DNA of 64,000 bases from an uncultured Gemmatimonadaceae bacterium (lineage in GTDB: Bacteria > Gemmatimonadota > Gemmatimonadetes > Gemmatimonadales > Gemmatimonadaceae). The notes below the pieces were generated by a model. The model had not been told where the DNA came from, ran no database searches, and was given only the letters and a program-made list of their open reading frames with translations. This document shows positions 21,668 to 32,788 of this stretch, piece after piece (the first letter of the stretch is position 1; every line of letters begins with the position of its first letter). The position numbers were made by a program, and so were the translations under genes. The stretch is taken from NCBI GenBank assembly GCA_963829055.1, contig CAWHHI010000017.1:128001-192000 (forward strand), read 5' to 3'.

Positions 21668-23080
21668 TCAGTCCCCAGTAGCTACCGATACGGCACGCGC
21701 CCGGCGTGCCGCCAGCGTGTAGATCCCAGCGCCTAACAAGTTCGTGCCAACCACGATCCCCCCGACCTTCATCGCGAACAGCTGCCAGCTCGGCACATCG
21801 ATGATCGGGAAGATCGACAGGATCGAATAGAGCACCGTGACGGCGAGGCCCGAGGCTGATGCGAGCTTGAGCCACAGCGGCGGCGTCCAGCCGATGCGTC
21901 CCGCGCCAAACAGCGGGATCGAGAACAGCGCGATGTACGCCATCGCGTACATGATGCCGCCCGCGTTCTCGAGCAGCTGAAACGCTTCCTGCGTCCCCGT
22001 CCCGACGAGGCTCCCCAGCGAGAGCACGAGTGTCACCGCGCCGACGAAGAGAATCGAGTTCACTGGCGTGCGCGACTTCGGATGCAGCCGCGTGAACCAC
22101 TTCGGCAGGAGCCCATCCCATCCCGCGACCATCGGCAGCCGCGTGTTCCCGGCGAACATCATGTTCAGCGCGCCGAGCAGGCGCGTCAGGAGCAACAGGA
22201 TCAGTACCGGCGCGATGTAGCTGGCCACGCCGAGTCCGCGGACGCCGGCCCGGAGCGTCTGCGGGATGGGACTCACGAGATCGATCTGGTCACGCGGCAC
22301 GAACGCCAGCACCGTGGCCGTCCCCATGATGAACATGAGCGCGATGAGCGGCGTCGCGATCACCACCGATTGCGGGATCGTGCGCTCGGGGCGCTTGGCC
22401 TCGCCGGCCATGAGCGCCACGAACTCGAACCCGGACATGGCGCCTAACGCCATCTTGCCGAAGATGTTGAGGCTGAGCAGGGACAGCGCGGGCAGCTCGG
22501 TCTCGAAGGGACGGTAGCGCGGCAGCGTCCCACGACTGAGCGCCAGGATCGGCAGGCCAATGAGCGCGATGTAGGTGAGGATCTGCGCCACGCCGCCGAA
22601 GTTGCTGAACCACTTGCCGAGGCCGAGTCCCTTGATCGCAACGAGGACGAGCAGCACCGCCAGCACGACGCTCACGGTGGGCATGTACCACCCGGCGCTC
22701 GCAATGGAGCTCGGCCCGCCTCCTGTCCCACCAATCAGGTACGCGATGTTCTGCCCGGCCATCACGTAGAACGACGCGAGGATCACGATCGCGAACACCC
22801 ACAGGTTCCACGCGACCAGAAAGCCGACGAACTCGCCGAAGCTGGCCTTGGCCCACTGATAGAGTCCGCCCTCGAGCGGCATGCGGCGATTGAGGTAGAT
22901 CACCACCGCGGCCTGCGGCAGGTAGTAGGTCACGATCGCCAGCATCCAGAACACGAGCTGGGACGGTCCGAGCTTCGCCGCGGTTCCGACCCAGCCGGAC
23001 CCGACGACGAAGACCACCTGCATGAGAACGAGATCGGCGAGCCCGAGCTCGCGGCGGAGTTCCGTGGTCGGAGAATTCAT
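21668..23080 (-). CDS. APC family amino acid permease
   Basis: LRRELG, P.EGGLY.W, GFE...AGE...PER.IP, LP.WF..LHP...TP. Confidence 0.9.
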   Translation of the reverse strand: MNSPTTELRRELGLADLVLMQVVFVVGSGWVGTAAKLGPSQLVFWMLAIVTYYLPQAAVVIYLNRRMPLEGGLYQWAKASFGEFVGFLVAWNLWVFAIVILASFYVMAGQNIAYLIGGTGGGPSSIASAGWYMPTVSVVLAVLLVLVAIKGLGLGKWFSNFGGVAQILTYIALIGLPILALSRGTLPRYRPFETELPALSLLSLNIFGKMALGAMSGFEFVALMAGEAKRPERTIPQSVVIATPLIALMFIMGTATVLAFVPRDQIDLVSPIPQTLRAGVRGLGVASYIAPVLILLLLTRLLGALNMMFAGNTRLPMVAGWDGLLPKWFTRLHPKSRTPVNSILFVGAVTLVLSLGSLVGTGTQEAFQLLENAGGIMYAMAYIALFSIPLFGAGRIGWTPPLWLKLASASGLAVTVLYSILSIFPIIDVPSWQLFAMKVGGIVVGTNLLGAGIYTLAARRARAVSVATGD

Positions 23081-23100
23081 CGGCGACGAACCTACGAGCC

Positions 23101-23250
23101 GGATGGCGGCGGGCGGAAGGCGGACGGCGGGAAACTGTGCGACTGTAGGACGAAGACCGAGAACTGACAACCCCGGGAAACCATTCTCGCGTGAGAGGGC
23201 TTTCCGGGGTCATGCAGTTCCGCCTTCCGGCGGCCGCCCTCCGCGTTCCG
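23101..23250. repeat. Heptamer-armed hairpin element without gene
   Basis: GGCGGAA-type left arm, stem ccccgggaaa...tttccgggg with cattctcgcgtgaga centre, TTCCGCC right arm. Confidence 0.65.
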
Positions 23251-23252
23251 AG

Positions 23253-23897
23253 CTACATGACCACCTGCTGCGTCGTCTGCAGCGTCATCTTCGAGCCGGC
23301 CGGGAGAACCGCATCCACCTCTCCGCCGCCGAGCGAGATCACCGTGCCCGCCGCCGCGCCGATCGCCGCGCCGCCGATGATCTTCGATACGTCACCGCCG
23401 CCGAGGACGGCACCGAGCACCGCGCCAGCCGCCGCGCCGATGCCCGCTTTCTTCAGCGTCTCATTGCGCGTGTCATTGCCGCTCGTCTCGAGGTTCGTCG
23501 CCGTGATGTTTGCCTCGAACGGACGCTCCACGCCATTCACGTTGATGCGCTCGAAGTCGAGACGGATCGCCGCCTTCTGCGTCGCGTTGTCCGAGTCCTG
23601 AAGGCCGGTCACCTTGCCGTAAACCTTGGAGCCCGCGGGCACCACGGTCTGTCCGTTCGACGCCACGATCGCATCGACGACCGTCGCGCTGAACGTGTCG
23701 CCGACCTTGCTGTTCTTCGTGCCGACCTGCTGGTCGAGCGTTACGGTGACGGTCGATCCAGTCGGCAGCGTGCTGGCGTTGACGGGCGTCGACGGCAAGG
23801 CAACGTCTCCGCCCGAAGAAACAGTGGATGGGCGCGTGCACGCACCCACCGTCGCGAGCGTCGCGAGCGCGAAGAGTGCCGGAATCGTCTTTCTCAT
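23253..23897 (-). CDS. Lipoprotein with C-terminal glycine zipper
   Basis: Lipobox VGAC; GDTFSATV...VPAGS.V.G.V; GAAAGAVLGAVLGG..GAAIGAAAG. Confidence 0.8.
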   Translation of the reverse strand: MRKTIPALFALATLATVGACTRPSTVSSGGDVALPSTPVNASTLPTGSTVTVTLDQQVGTKNSKVGDTFSATVVDAIVASNGQTVVPAGSKVYGKVTGLQDSDNATQKAAIRLDFERINVNGVERPFEANITATNLETSGNDTRNETLKKAGIGAAAGAVLGAVLGGGDVSKIIGGAAIGAAAGTVISLGGGEVDAVLPAGSKMTLQTTQQVVM

Positions 23898-24011
23898 AGA
23901 GCCTCCAATGGTCGATTGCTCGTTGCAGCCACTAGTAAAGCAAAGGGCACGCCGCCGCGGCGTGCCCTGACTCGATGCTTCAAGCTGCCTAACTATGTGT
24001 TTGCCTAACGC

Positions 24012-25050
24012 TCAGATGCTCAGGCCGCTATCGGTTTCACCGGGTCCATTTTCCAGAACGAGATGCCACTCGCCTGCTGCCCGACATCGACGGTCGCCAC
24101 CTTCGCGAATGCCGTCAGGTCGAACACCTCCACCTTCCCCGGCTGCGCGCCCTTCCCTTCCACGCTCACGAATGCATAACGAGAGTCCGAGCTCACCGTG
24201 ACGCCATGCGCGAGCGTGATGCTCGTCTTCTCCTGCATCATCGACTTGCCCGTCGCGAGATCGAACACCTGCACACCACTCCCCGCCTTCAGCGTCGCGA
24301 TGAGCAGCTTCCCATCCGGCGTCACCGCGAGATTGTACGGCGCGCGTCCGGTCGCGAATCGTCGCGTCACGGCCCATGTGGCGCCATCGATTTCCAGGAT
24401 CTCGTCGCTCTTGTTGCACGCGACGTAGACCTTCGTGCCCGTGGCTGATGGCTGCGCCCACGTCGGTGAACACGTGGCCGGCGCCATCGTGCTTGCCGGC
24501 GACCCCCGTCGAATCCGCGGGCAGCATCTCCTTCATCATCGCCTCGTACTCACCGGCCGGGATCGCGTGCTCACCGCCCTTCGCCACACCGAAGCGCCGC
24601 GACACCTTGAACGTCCGCGTGTCCACTTCGACGAGCTGATCATCCATCATGCACGTCGAGTACTGGCGCGTTCCGTCCGCGCTCACGCGACTGCCGTGCG
24701 GCATCGTACACGTCGTGGGCCGAGCGACTTCGGTGTTCGTCGGCGTGTAGATCACCGACACGCTCGACGGCACCATCTCGCCGTGCAGGTTGAAATTCAC
24801 GGCGAACGCGTACAAGCCATCGGGCGTCACGTCGATCGACGCCGGAAAGTTGCCGAGGAAGATCGGCGCTCCCACGAGCGTGTCGGGGCCGAGCTCGTAC
24901 TTCCAGTACTTGCCGTCGGGCGAGCCGTGGCCCGTCGTCATGTGCAGATATTTGCCGTCGCGCGAGATCTGTAACCCGTGTGGCCCTTCGGCCTCGGTGG
25001 CCATCTCACCCGCGCCGATCGTTCGCTCCACGACCGCACACCCACTCACG
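24012..25050 (-). CDS. YVTN/YncE-like beta-propeller; frameshift near 24490, 5' end unresolved
   Basis: EGPHG, VNFNLHG.MVPSSVSV, CTMPHGSR, CSPTWAQPS, VGQQASGISFWK. Confidence 0.8.
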
Positions 25051-25110
25051 TATCGTCGCGCGCGCGCGCGCCGGCGTCACGACGGCCAGGCCTTTCCGCA
25101 GACACCTGCT

Positions 25111-25202
25111 GCGCTGCACGCTGGGCACCTCTGCCGACGGCTGCATGCTGCGGCCGCACGCTGCCCGCTGCTGCTATTATCGCCCAGCAACCCACGCGCT
25201 GC
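25111..25202 (-). repeat. Dispersed repeat family E, inverted
   Basis: Reverse complement of the 6338-6430 core. Confidence 0.8.
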
Positions 25203-25234
25203 ACACCGCGCGCAATGGAGGGCGACGGAGGGGT

Positions 25235-25268
25235 GGCATCGCCGATTGACCATCCAACCGGCGATGCC
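25235..25268. terminator. Hairpin downstream of 25284..25727 gene
   Basis: ggcatcgccg...cggcgatgcc stem; no clear U-tract. Confidence 0.45.
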
Positions 25269-25283
25269 GTAACGGCCGCTCGC

Positions 25284-25727
25284 TTACGGTTTCGGCTGCG
25301 GCCTGATCGTATCCGCCGTCGCCTTCTTGACGTTGTGCTTCGTGGTGGTGACGGCCTTCTTCGTGCCCGTTTTCGTCGCCTCCGCCGCGTGAGACGCGTT
25401 GGTCTTGGTCGCGTCGGCGGCATGGCTGGCGTTCGTCTTGGTCGCGTCAGACGCGTGGCTCGCGTTCGTTTTCGTGGCCGACGCCGCGTTCTTGGCGTTG
25501 GTCTTGGTCGCGTCACTGGCGTGGCTGGCGTTCGTCTTTGTCGCCTTGCCGAGCGTCTTGACGTTGTGCGACGTGGTCTTCGCGGCTTTGTCGATTGACG
25601 TTCCGGTCTGGCGACCGATCTTGGCCGCCGTGCTCTCCTTCTTCTTCGTCGTATCCTGCTGTGCCTGGCTGACCGCCGGAACAGCAGCGACAGCCAAGGC
25701 GAGTGCGAATAGTCGAATGCGGTTCAT
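25284..25727 (-). CDS. Secreted protein with 11-residue tandem repeats (LEA-like)
   Basis: Signal peptide ending SQA-QQD; ATKTNASHA(S/A)(D/E) repeats. Confidence 0.75.
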   Translation of the reverse strand: MNRIRLFALALAVAAVPAVSQAQQDTTKKKESTAAKIGRQTGTSIDKAAKTTSHNVKTLGKATKTNASHASDATKTNAKNAASATKTNASHASDATKTNASHAADATKTNASHAAEATKTGTKKAVTTTKHNVKKATADTIRPQPKP

Positions 25728-25873
25728 TGCTCCATCCTCTGTAGGTGGTCGGACTGTCCTTGCCAACATTGCAAATCGCGGACGCACCTAGCCGGCTCCC
25801 CACAAAACACCGAAGGTTGACTGCCGAGCTGGGCTGTCCGGCCCTCAGGATCCCGCTACCCTGCGTCTCATCC

Positions 25874-27133
25874 GTGTCTCATCGATCGTTCTCGCTGTTC
25901 CTGTTCCACGCCGCCGGCGGTGCGCGTGTCGCGTCGCGTAACGCGATCGCCACGATCGGGCTCATCATCATCGTCCTCGGGTCAGCCCCCGACCCGTTCG
26001 TCTGGCTCCGCTTCCTCGCGCTCGGCGTCGCCGGAAAAGGAGTACCGAGTGGACCGCTCATCGGGCTCGTCGCGATCGCGTTCGGGCTCGCGCGGGATGC
26101 CGTCCCGCGCCTAACGCTTGGCCTGGGTGGCTGGACACGATCGTTGCCGGTGAACGGCGAGCAGCATCGCCGTGGGGTAATGTACGCCATGCCGGTCGTG
26201 CAAATTCCACTTGGGGTGTCTGTGCTCCTTGCCGCTGTCCTCACCGCGGCAGCCTATCACGTGCCGCTGTCGTGGCCGAAGCTGCTCGGCGCGCCGCTCG
26301 CGCTCGTGGCAGCCGGTGCAGCGGCGGTACCGGCGCGTCGATGGATCGTGAGCACGCCATGCTTCGCCGCGTCAGGCGTGCTCGCGGCGCTCGGGCGCTG
26401 GCCTGCGTTGGCCGCCTCGATCGCACTGTTCGTCATCGGAGACCTCGTCGCTGGCGCTCTGCGATTCGCGCGCCCGCGTGCCGCCGTTGCGGCGCCCGCG
26501 ACGCCGGGAACGCTGCGCATGTTTCGCTTCACCTGGCGCGCGGTTGGCTGGCGCCTGCTGGCGCCCTTTCCCGCGGCCGCGCTGGCGCTTGCCGCGGCGT
26601 GGTTCTACACGCGCAACAACGCGCTCTCGCCGTCGGACGTGGGATTCGTCGCCCGATTGTGGACCATCATCGCCATCGCGCTCTACATCGGCGTGGTCGG
26701 CGACACCATTGTGTCTCGCCGGCCTGACTGGCCGTGGATCCGATCGCTGCCGTGGTCGAGCGCGCAACGCGCGGTAGATGATGCGATCGCGCTTGGCGCG
26801 CCGGCGCTCGTGATCGCGATCGCGTCGGCCATCGTCGATGTGCGCACGGTCGCGATCGGCGTTGCCACCGTCCCACCGCTCGCGGCGCTCGGCGCCGTGT
26901 TACTCCACGGCGCTCGCGGTCGCCTAACGCGCGTGAGCGGCGCAATGATCGTTGTCGGCGCCGCACTCGGCACCGCGGTCGCGTTCGTCCCGTTGTTGGC
27001 CGCGGGCGCGCTCGCCTGCACGCCGCTGCTGCTCCGCTGGGCGGCGCGGCGAGATCGACGCGAGATCGTGACCGGCTGGAAGGAGTTGCATCACGACGCG
27101 TCCGGCGACTCGCTCGCCTGGAGCTCACGCTGA
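25874..27133 (+). CDS. Polytopic membrane protein, probable ABC exporter permease
   Basis: About 12 hydrophobic segments, internal repeat W.RSLP; directly upstream of ABC ATPase; start approximate. Confidence 0.65.
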   Translation: MSHRSFSLFLFHAAGGARVASRNAIATIGLIIIVLGSAPDPFVWLRFLALGVAGKGVPSGPLIGLVAIAFGLARDAVPRLTLGLGGWTRSLPVNGEQHRRGVMYAMPVVQIPLGVSVLLAAVLTAAAYHVPLSWPKLLGAPLALVAAGAAAVPARRWIVSTPCFAASGVLAALGRWPALAASIALFVIGDLVAGALRFARPRAAVAAPATPGTLRMFRFTWRAVGWRLLAPFPAAALALAAAWFYTRNNALSPSDVGFVARLWTIIAIALYIGVVGDTIVSRRPDWPWIRSLPWSSAQRAVDDAIALGAPALVIAIASAIVDVRTVAIGVATVPPLAALGAVLLHGARGRLTRVSGAMIVVGAALGTAVAFVPLLAAGALACTPLLLRWAARRDRREIVTGWKELHHDASGDSLAWSSR

Positions 27134-27164
27134 TGCGCACACGCTTTCCTCTGTCGAGGGCGCG

Positions 27165-27890
27165 ATGATCCAGCTGCGGGCTGTGCGATTCAGCTACGGC
27201 AAGACGGTGGCCCTCACGTGCGATGCGCTGGACATCGGCACCGGCGTCACACTGCTCCTCGGCCCGAACGGCGCGGGCAAGAGCACGCTCCTCAAGCTCG
27301 TTGCCGGCGTCGAGCACCCCACGGAAGGCACCGTTGCCATCGACAGTCACGATCTCTGGCGCGATGAAGTAGCGGCACGTTCCGGTCTCGCGTACGTACC
27401 GGAGCATCCGGACCTCACCCCCTACGCCACGGTCGCCGAGGTGCTCGGCCTCGTGTGTCGCCTGCGCGGGCGGCCAGTGGCTGACGGCGACGACGCACTG
27501 ACCACGGTGGGCCTCGATGGTCTTGGGCACCGCTCTGTGCGCGAGCTGTCCATGGGACAACGTCGGCGTGCCGTCCTGGCTGCTGCGTTCATCGGAACGC
27601 CGACCACACTGCTGCTGGACGAACCACTCGAGGCAATGGACCGCGCGATGCGCTCCTGGCTTCTCACGTGGATCGGTGACGCGAACGCTCGCGGCGCCAC
27701 GATCGTCGTCGCGACGCACGACATCGAGCCATTCGTCGATGTCGCGGCCCGCGCCGTGGTCGTCGCTGATGGCACTCCGGTTCTCCACGACCAACTTCCG
27801 ACCGACCGCGCCGTGCGCGCGCGATACCTGGACCAGTGGGCACGTGGGTCCGATCAGGCGACCTCGCCGAGCGATAGCGCGCCGCGCTAG
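27165..27890 (+). CDS. ABC transporter ATP-binding protein
   Basis: GPNGAGKST, LSMGQ, LLLDEP, ATH. Confidence 0.93.
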   Translation: MIQLRAVRFSYGKTVALTCDALDIGTGVTLLLGPNGAGKSTLLKLVAGVEHPTEGTVAIDSHDLWRDEVAARSGLAYVPEHPDLTPYATVAEVLGLVCRLRGRPVADGDDALTTVGLDGLGHRSVRELSMGQRRRAVLAAAFIGTPTTLLLDEPLEAMDRAMRSWLLTWIGDANARGATIVVATHDIEPFVDVAARAVVVADGTPVLHDQLPTDRAVRARYLDQWARGSDQATSPSDSAPR

Positions 27891-27898
27891 GTTAGGAC

Positions 27899-29789
27899 AT
27901 GAACCGTTCTCATGTGATTCATCGCGCGGCGATTGTCGCGGCGTTCGTCGCCATCTCGCTCGATGCCGTGTCGTGCTCGCGCGCGACCACCACGACGCCG
28001 AGTCCGGGACCGCGCGTGGCGTCAGTTCCACAACCGGCGCCCGTCAAGCTGCCTGCTCCCCCGACTCGCTACGATTGGCCGCCGTACGATCCGCGCGCAA
28101 AGCTGACCGCAGCGCAGGCGAAGTGGATCGACAGCACGCTCGCGTCGCTCCCGCTTCGCGAGCGCATCGGCCAGATGGTCATGGTCTGGGTGCTCGGCGA
28201 CTACACGAGCTACGACGACTCCACGTTCGCCGAGGTGCGGCGGTGGATCGAGCGCGATCACATCGGCGGCGTCAGCATGTCGTTAGGCACGCCGATCGAG
28301 GTCGCGGCCAAGATCAACAACATGCAGCGGCTGTCGCGCGTGCCGCTCATGACCTCGGCCGATCTCGAGCCGGGACTCGGACGGCTCGAGGGTGGCGTTT
28401 TCTCGCACTACCTGCTGGACGCGGGTGGCGCGACGGTGTTCCCGAGCGCGATGGCGATCGCCGCGACGGGACGCGATGAGGACGCGTACGACGTCGCGAA
28501 GATCATTGCGCAGGAAGCGCGCGCCGTCGGCATTCAGGTCAACTTCTCGCCGGTCGTGGACGTCAACAACAATCCATCGAACCCGGTCATCAACACGCGA
28601 TCGTTCGGAGAGGACCCTCAGCGCGTCGCCCGCTTGTCGGCCGCGTTCGTGCGCGGCACGCAGGACGGCGGCGCGGTGTCGACGGCGAAGCACTTCCCGG
28701 GGCATGGCGACACCGACGTCGACTCGCACGTCGGACTCCCGATCGTCGCCGCGAACTGGACCCGACTGGACACGTTGGAGCTCGTGCCGTTTCGCGCGGC
28801 CATCGCGGCCGGGGCGGGCATGGTGATGACGGCGCACATCGCGCTGCCCGTCGTCGAAGGCGACTCGACGACGCCCGCGACGCTCGCGCCGCGCATCATC
28901 ACGGGCGTGCTGCGCGACTCGCTGAAATTCCGCGGTCTCGCGATCACCGACGCGATGACCATGGAAGGCGTCGGCAAGGGCTACGGCGTCGAGGAAAGTT
29001 CGGTGCTCGCGGTGAAGGCGGGTGCGGACATCATCCTCAAGCCGAGCGATCCGACGAAGGCGATCGACGCGGTGCTCGCGGCGGTGGAGCGCGGCGAGAT
29101 CTCGCGCGCGCGCATCGACTCGGCCGCGCGACGCGTGCTCGAGATGAAGGCGCGGACGGGCATCGCGTTCCGGCCGATCGCCGACCTCGATGCGCTACGC
29201 GAAGTCGTTGGCTCCCGCGAGCATCGTGCGACGGCCGACGACATCGCGCGCCGAGCAGTGACGGTCCTGCGCGACAGAAGTGCGCTGCTGCCGGCCGCGG
29301 GGCGCCGCGTAGCAGTCGTGCAGTACATGCCGGAGACGGAGATTCGCGCCGGGAAAATCTTCGGCGGCGAGATTCGCGCGGCAATTCCCGGCGCGCGTGT
29401 GTTCAAGGTGTCACCGGCGACATCGCTGAGCGATCTCGATTCGTTGACTCGGCAGGTCGCGGGGTCGGATCGCGTGATCGTCGCGGCGTACGTGCGCCGG
29501 ATCGAAGGCGAGGGGCGTCCCGCGGTGCCGCCTCACATCGCACGCTGGATCGATACCCTGGCAAAGAAGGAGAAGGTGGTCGTCGTGGCGTTAGGTAATC
29601 CGTATCTGATCCGCCAGTTCCCGAACGTGTCGACGTATCTGGTGACGTACGGGGTAGGCGATGCGCTCGAGCGCGCGGCGGTCGGCGTGGTCCTCGGCCG
29701 CGCAGCGGCGACGGGAACAACGCCGGTGTCGCTGCCGGGCTTCTTCAAGAGAGGGCGATGGCATCCGGCGCGAGCCTGGTACGCGATAG
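27899..29789 (+). CDS. GH3 beta-N-acetylhexosaminidase-like glycosidase; probable indel near 3' end
   Basis: RSFGEDP, KHFPGHGDT..DSH, MTAHI, ITDAMTM, GNPY; alternative frame ends RGDGIRREPGTR*. Confidence 0.88.
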
Positions 29790-29809
29790 GCGCTGATCCT
29801 GGTCGCATG

Positions 29810-30068
29810 GCGTCATCGCGCCGGGGCCGGTGGGAACTACGATTGCGCGGATGACGCGGAACAGCCGGATACGACGCTTCGGCAGGCGCGCTCCTCGACG
29901 CGACTGAGCGGGATTCGGGAACGGCCGCTCGGGACGCATGCGTCCCGAGCGGCCGTTCCCATTATTCAGAGTCCGGTGATGAGCCAGCGTCGATGCAAAG
30001 CCGTATCCGGCCGTTTTCCGTGTCATCCGTCAAATCGCAGTTCCCACCGACCGCGGCGCGACGATGCC
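29810..30068. mobile_element. MITE-like element family C, about 260 bp
   Basis: About 55-bp imperfect terminal inverted repeats, central perfect 44-bp palindrome 29917-29960; inverted second copy at 38471. Confidence 0.6.
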
Positions 30069-30083
30069 GTGAGTGCAAGCGGC

Positions 30084-30664
30084 CTAACGTGAGGCCCCAA
30101 CTTTACGCCGGGCACGCGAGGGTTTCTTCGTAGCACTCGTGACCACCCGATAGTTCGACAACACACAACCTCCGTCGATTATCCGCGACTCCGTGAGCTG
30201 CAGAGAAATTCTTCTCCCGGGATCGCGGAAGAACGGCACTCCCGACCCGAGCAGGATCGGGTGCACGTTCAGCCCGACCTCGTCGATCACGCCTGCCGCA
30301 AAGAGCGACTGAGCGAGCTCGCCGCCACCCATCACGCAGATCCCCTTCCCCGGCTGCTCCTTCAGCCCGCGCACGAACTCGCCGGCATCGCTCGACACGA
30401 GATGGGCGCCATGACCCACTGACTCGAGCGTCCGGGAAAACACGTACGTCGTGATCCCGCCCGTGCTCGCCGCCGCCACCACCGCCCATCGCGTTCGCGA
30501 CCTCCCACGTCTTCCGGCCCATGAGCATCGTGTCGATGCTCGCCCAGTACGTCGTTCATGACCTCCTGCACATCGCGGCTGAAGTGCAGCCAGTCCATCG
30601 ACCCATCGGGTGGCGCGATGAATCCATCGAGACTGCAGGCGGCGCCGTAGGTGACGGTTCGCAT
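30084..30664 (-). CDS. Dihydrofolate reductase / RibD C-terminal family protein; frameshifts
   Basis: ACSLDGFIA..DG..DWL, LMGRKTW, GGGELA...IDE....HPILLGSG. Confidence 0.88.
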
Positions 30665-30734
30665 CCGTATCCTCCGCGTAGGGGCTCCAACAGGGAGCGA
30701 GGCGTGGTCGTTCGCGACGAACGGTTCGTGGACG

Positions 30735-30790
30735 TTATACTATACCGGCGTTTAGTTTCGAACCTATATCGTCATTTAGAAACGGTCAAG
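30735..30790. promoter_or_regulatory. AT-rich divergent promoter region, possible TetR operator
   Basis: AT-rich island between divergent DHFR-like and TetR genes; no clean palindrome. Confidence 0.3.
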
Positions 30791-30794
30791 ACCC

Positions 30795-31414
30795 GTGAGC
30801 CCGCGTCCACGAAAGGTCAGCGACGACGAGATCTTCGCCGCCACGCACCGCGCCACCATGCGCCTCGCACCGAACGAGCTCACGCTCGCCGAGATCGCGG
30901 CCGAGGCTGGCGTGACGGCGGGCGCGGTGGCGCAACGGTTCGGGTCGAAGCGGGCGCTGTTGCTCGCGCTCGCCAAAGCAGCGGCGCGTCCACCGGCGAC
31001 TTCATCGCGCAGCTACGCGCGGAGCATCGATCGCCGCTCGCGGCGGTACGGGCATACGCCGGATGCATGGCCGGTCTCGCGCAGTCCCCCGCGGCACTCG
31101 CGCGTAACCTGGCCTACCTGCAGATCGACCTCGCCGACCCCGACTTTCGCGAGCAACTCTCCGTGCAGGCGCGCCAGACGCGCGCCGGACTACGCGACCT
31201 GTTCGAGGCGGCGGTGGCCGCGCGCGAGTTGAAGCGCGGCACGGACGTCGACGCGCTTGCCCGCACCGTCGAAGCCATGATCGCCGGATCGCTCATGACG
31301 TGGGCGTTCTACCACGATGGGCCGGCCGAGCGCTGGATCCGCGACGACGTGAACGCCGTGCTCGCGCCCTACCTGCACGACGCGCTCGGCCACGAAGCGA
31401 CGTTGACGCGTTAG
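30795..31414 (+). CDS. TetR family regulator; frameshifts
   Basis: RPRKVSDDEIF, TLAEIAAEAGV....QRFGSKR.L HTH. Confidence 0.85.
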
Positions 31415-31424
31415 GCGCTTCGCC

Positions 31425-32631
31425 TCAGGCGAGAATATCCCTCAACGCGGCCACGGCCGCGTCCACTTCGGCCTCGGTATTGTAGTAGTGCGGCGAGAGT
31501 CGTACCGCCGATTTCACGTGCTTGGCGTCGAAGTCGTAGATGCCGAACTCACGCAGCGATGAGACGGTGTTGATCCGCCGATCCTTGAGCGCCCGAACGA
31601 TCGGCTCGGCGTCACGTCCCTCGAACGCCGCCGTGACAATGGCGCACCGCGTCGCGCCACGATCGAGCACGCGCACACCGCGCATGCGCGCCTAACGCAT
31701 CACGCAGCCGCTGTGCGAGCGCCCACGCGCGGGATTGCGCCACGTCGATACCGACGTCGAGGGAGTAGCGCGCCGCTGCAGCCTGGCCGAGCACGAGCGC
31801 GTACGGGAATTCCCAATCCTCGTAGCGACGCGCGGTCGGAACGACCTCGTACGTGCCGGCCTCCACCCAGCGCGCGCCGCGCATGTCGACGAACAGCGGG
31901 TGATCTCCGCGCGCGAGCGCGCGATCGGACGCGAACATGAAGCCGATGCCGCGCGGCCCGCGCATGAACTTGCGCGCCGTGGCCGAGAGGTAGTCGCACT
32001 TGAGCCGCGCGACGTCGATCGGGATCTGGCCGACTGCCTGACAGGCATCGACGATGTACGGCACACCCGCCGCCTCGCACACGGCGCCAATGGCCTCGAC
32101 GTCCTGCACGAGACCGGAGTTCGTCGGAATCCACGTCACGGCCACGACGCGGGGACGACGACGCGCGACGATCTCGCGGACCGATTGCGGATCCACACCG
32201 CCTTCGGGCAGGTCATCGGCGTACGCGATCTCGACGCCGAGTCGGGCAGAGAGCGCGAGGTACTGGATCTGGTTCGACGTGTAGTCGCAGTGCGTCGTGA
32301 CGATCACGTCGCCGGGCGCGAAGTCGAATGAGCTGAGCGCCTGGATGAACCCCGCGGTCGCGTTCGCAACCACGGCGATGTTCTCCGCCTTCGCCCCGAC
32401 GATCTCCGCCAACGCGTCGTATCCGCCGGCGATCTCGTTGGCGCGGGTGTCGGCCGCCTCGTATCCACCGATCTCGGACTCGAGTGTCACGTGCTCCGTG
32501 ATCGCGTCGATGACCGGCTGCGGCATCAGCGCCGCGCCCGCGTTGTTCAGGTGATTGCGATGCGCGCAGCCGGGCGTATCGGCGCGCCAGGCAGCGAGTT
32601 GGTCGGTGGTCGAGAGAGTCGATACGGACAT
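31425..32631 (-). CDS. Class V PLP aminotransferase (cysteine desulfurase-like); frameshift near 31680
   Basis: HLNNAGA, VDACQAVGQ, SATARKFMRGPRG.G, RLSPHYYNT. Confidence 0.9.
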
Positions 32632-32788
32632 GTGCGAGTACAGGGAGGGTTGATTGCCAATGTAGTCGGCCGCGGACCGACTGTCGGCTGCCAGGGTTGG
32701 GCCGCCGCCATCGCGTTTCATCCCATGTTCGTTGCCGCGAACCGATCAATCCATCACATTGTCGTCACACACACCATGAAGGCCGTTC

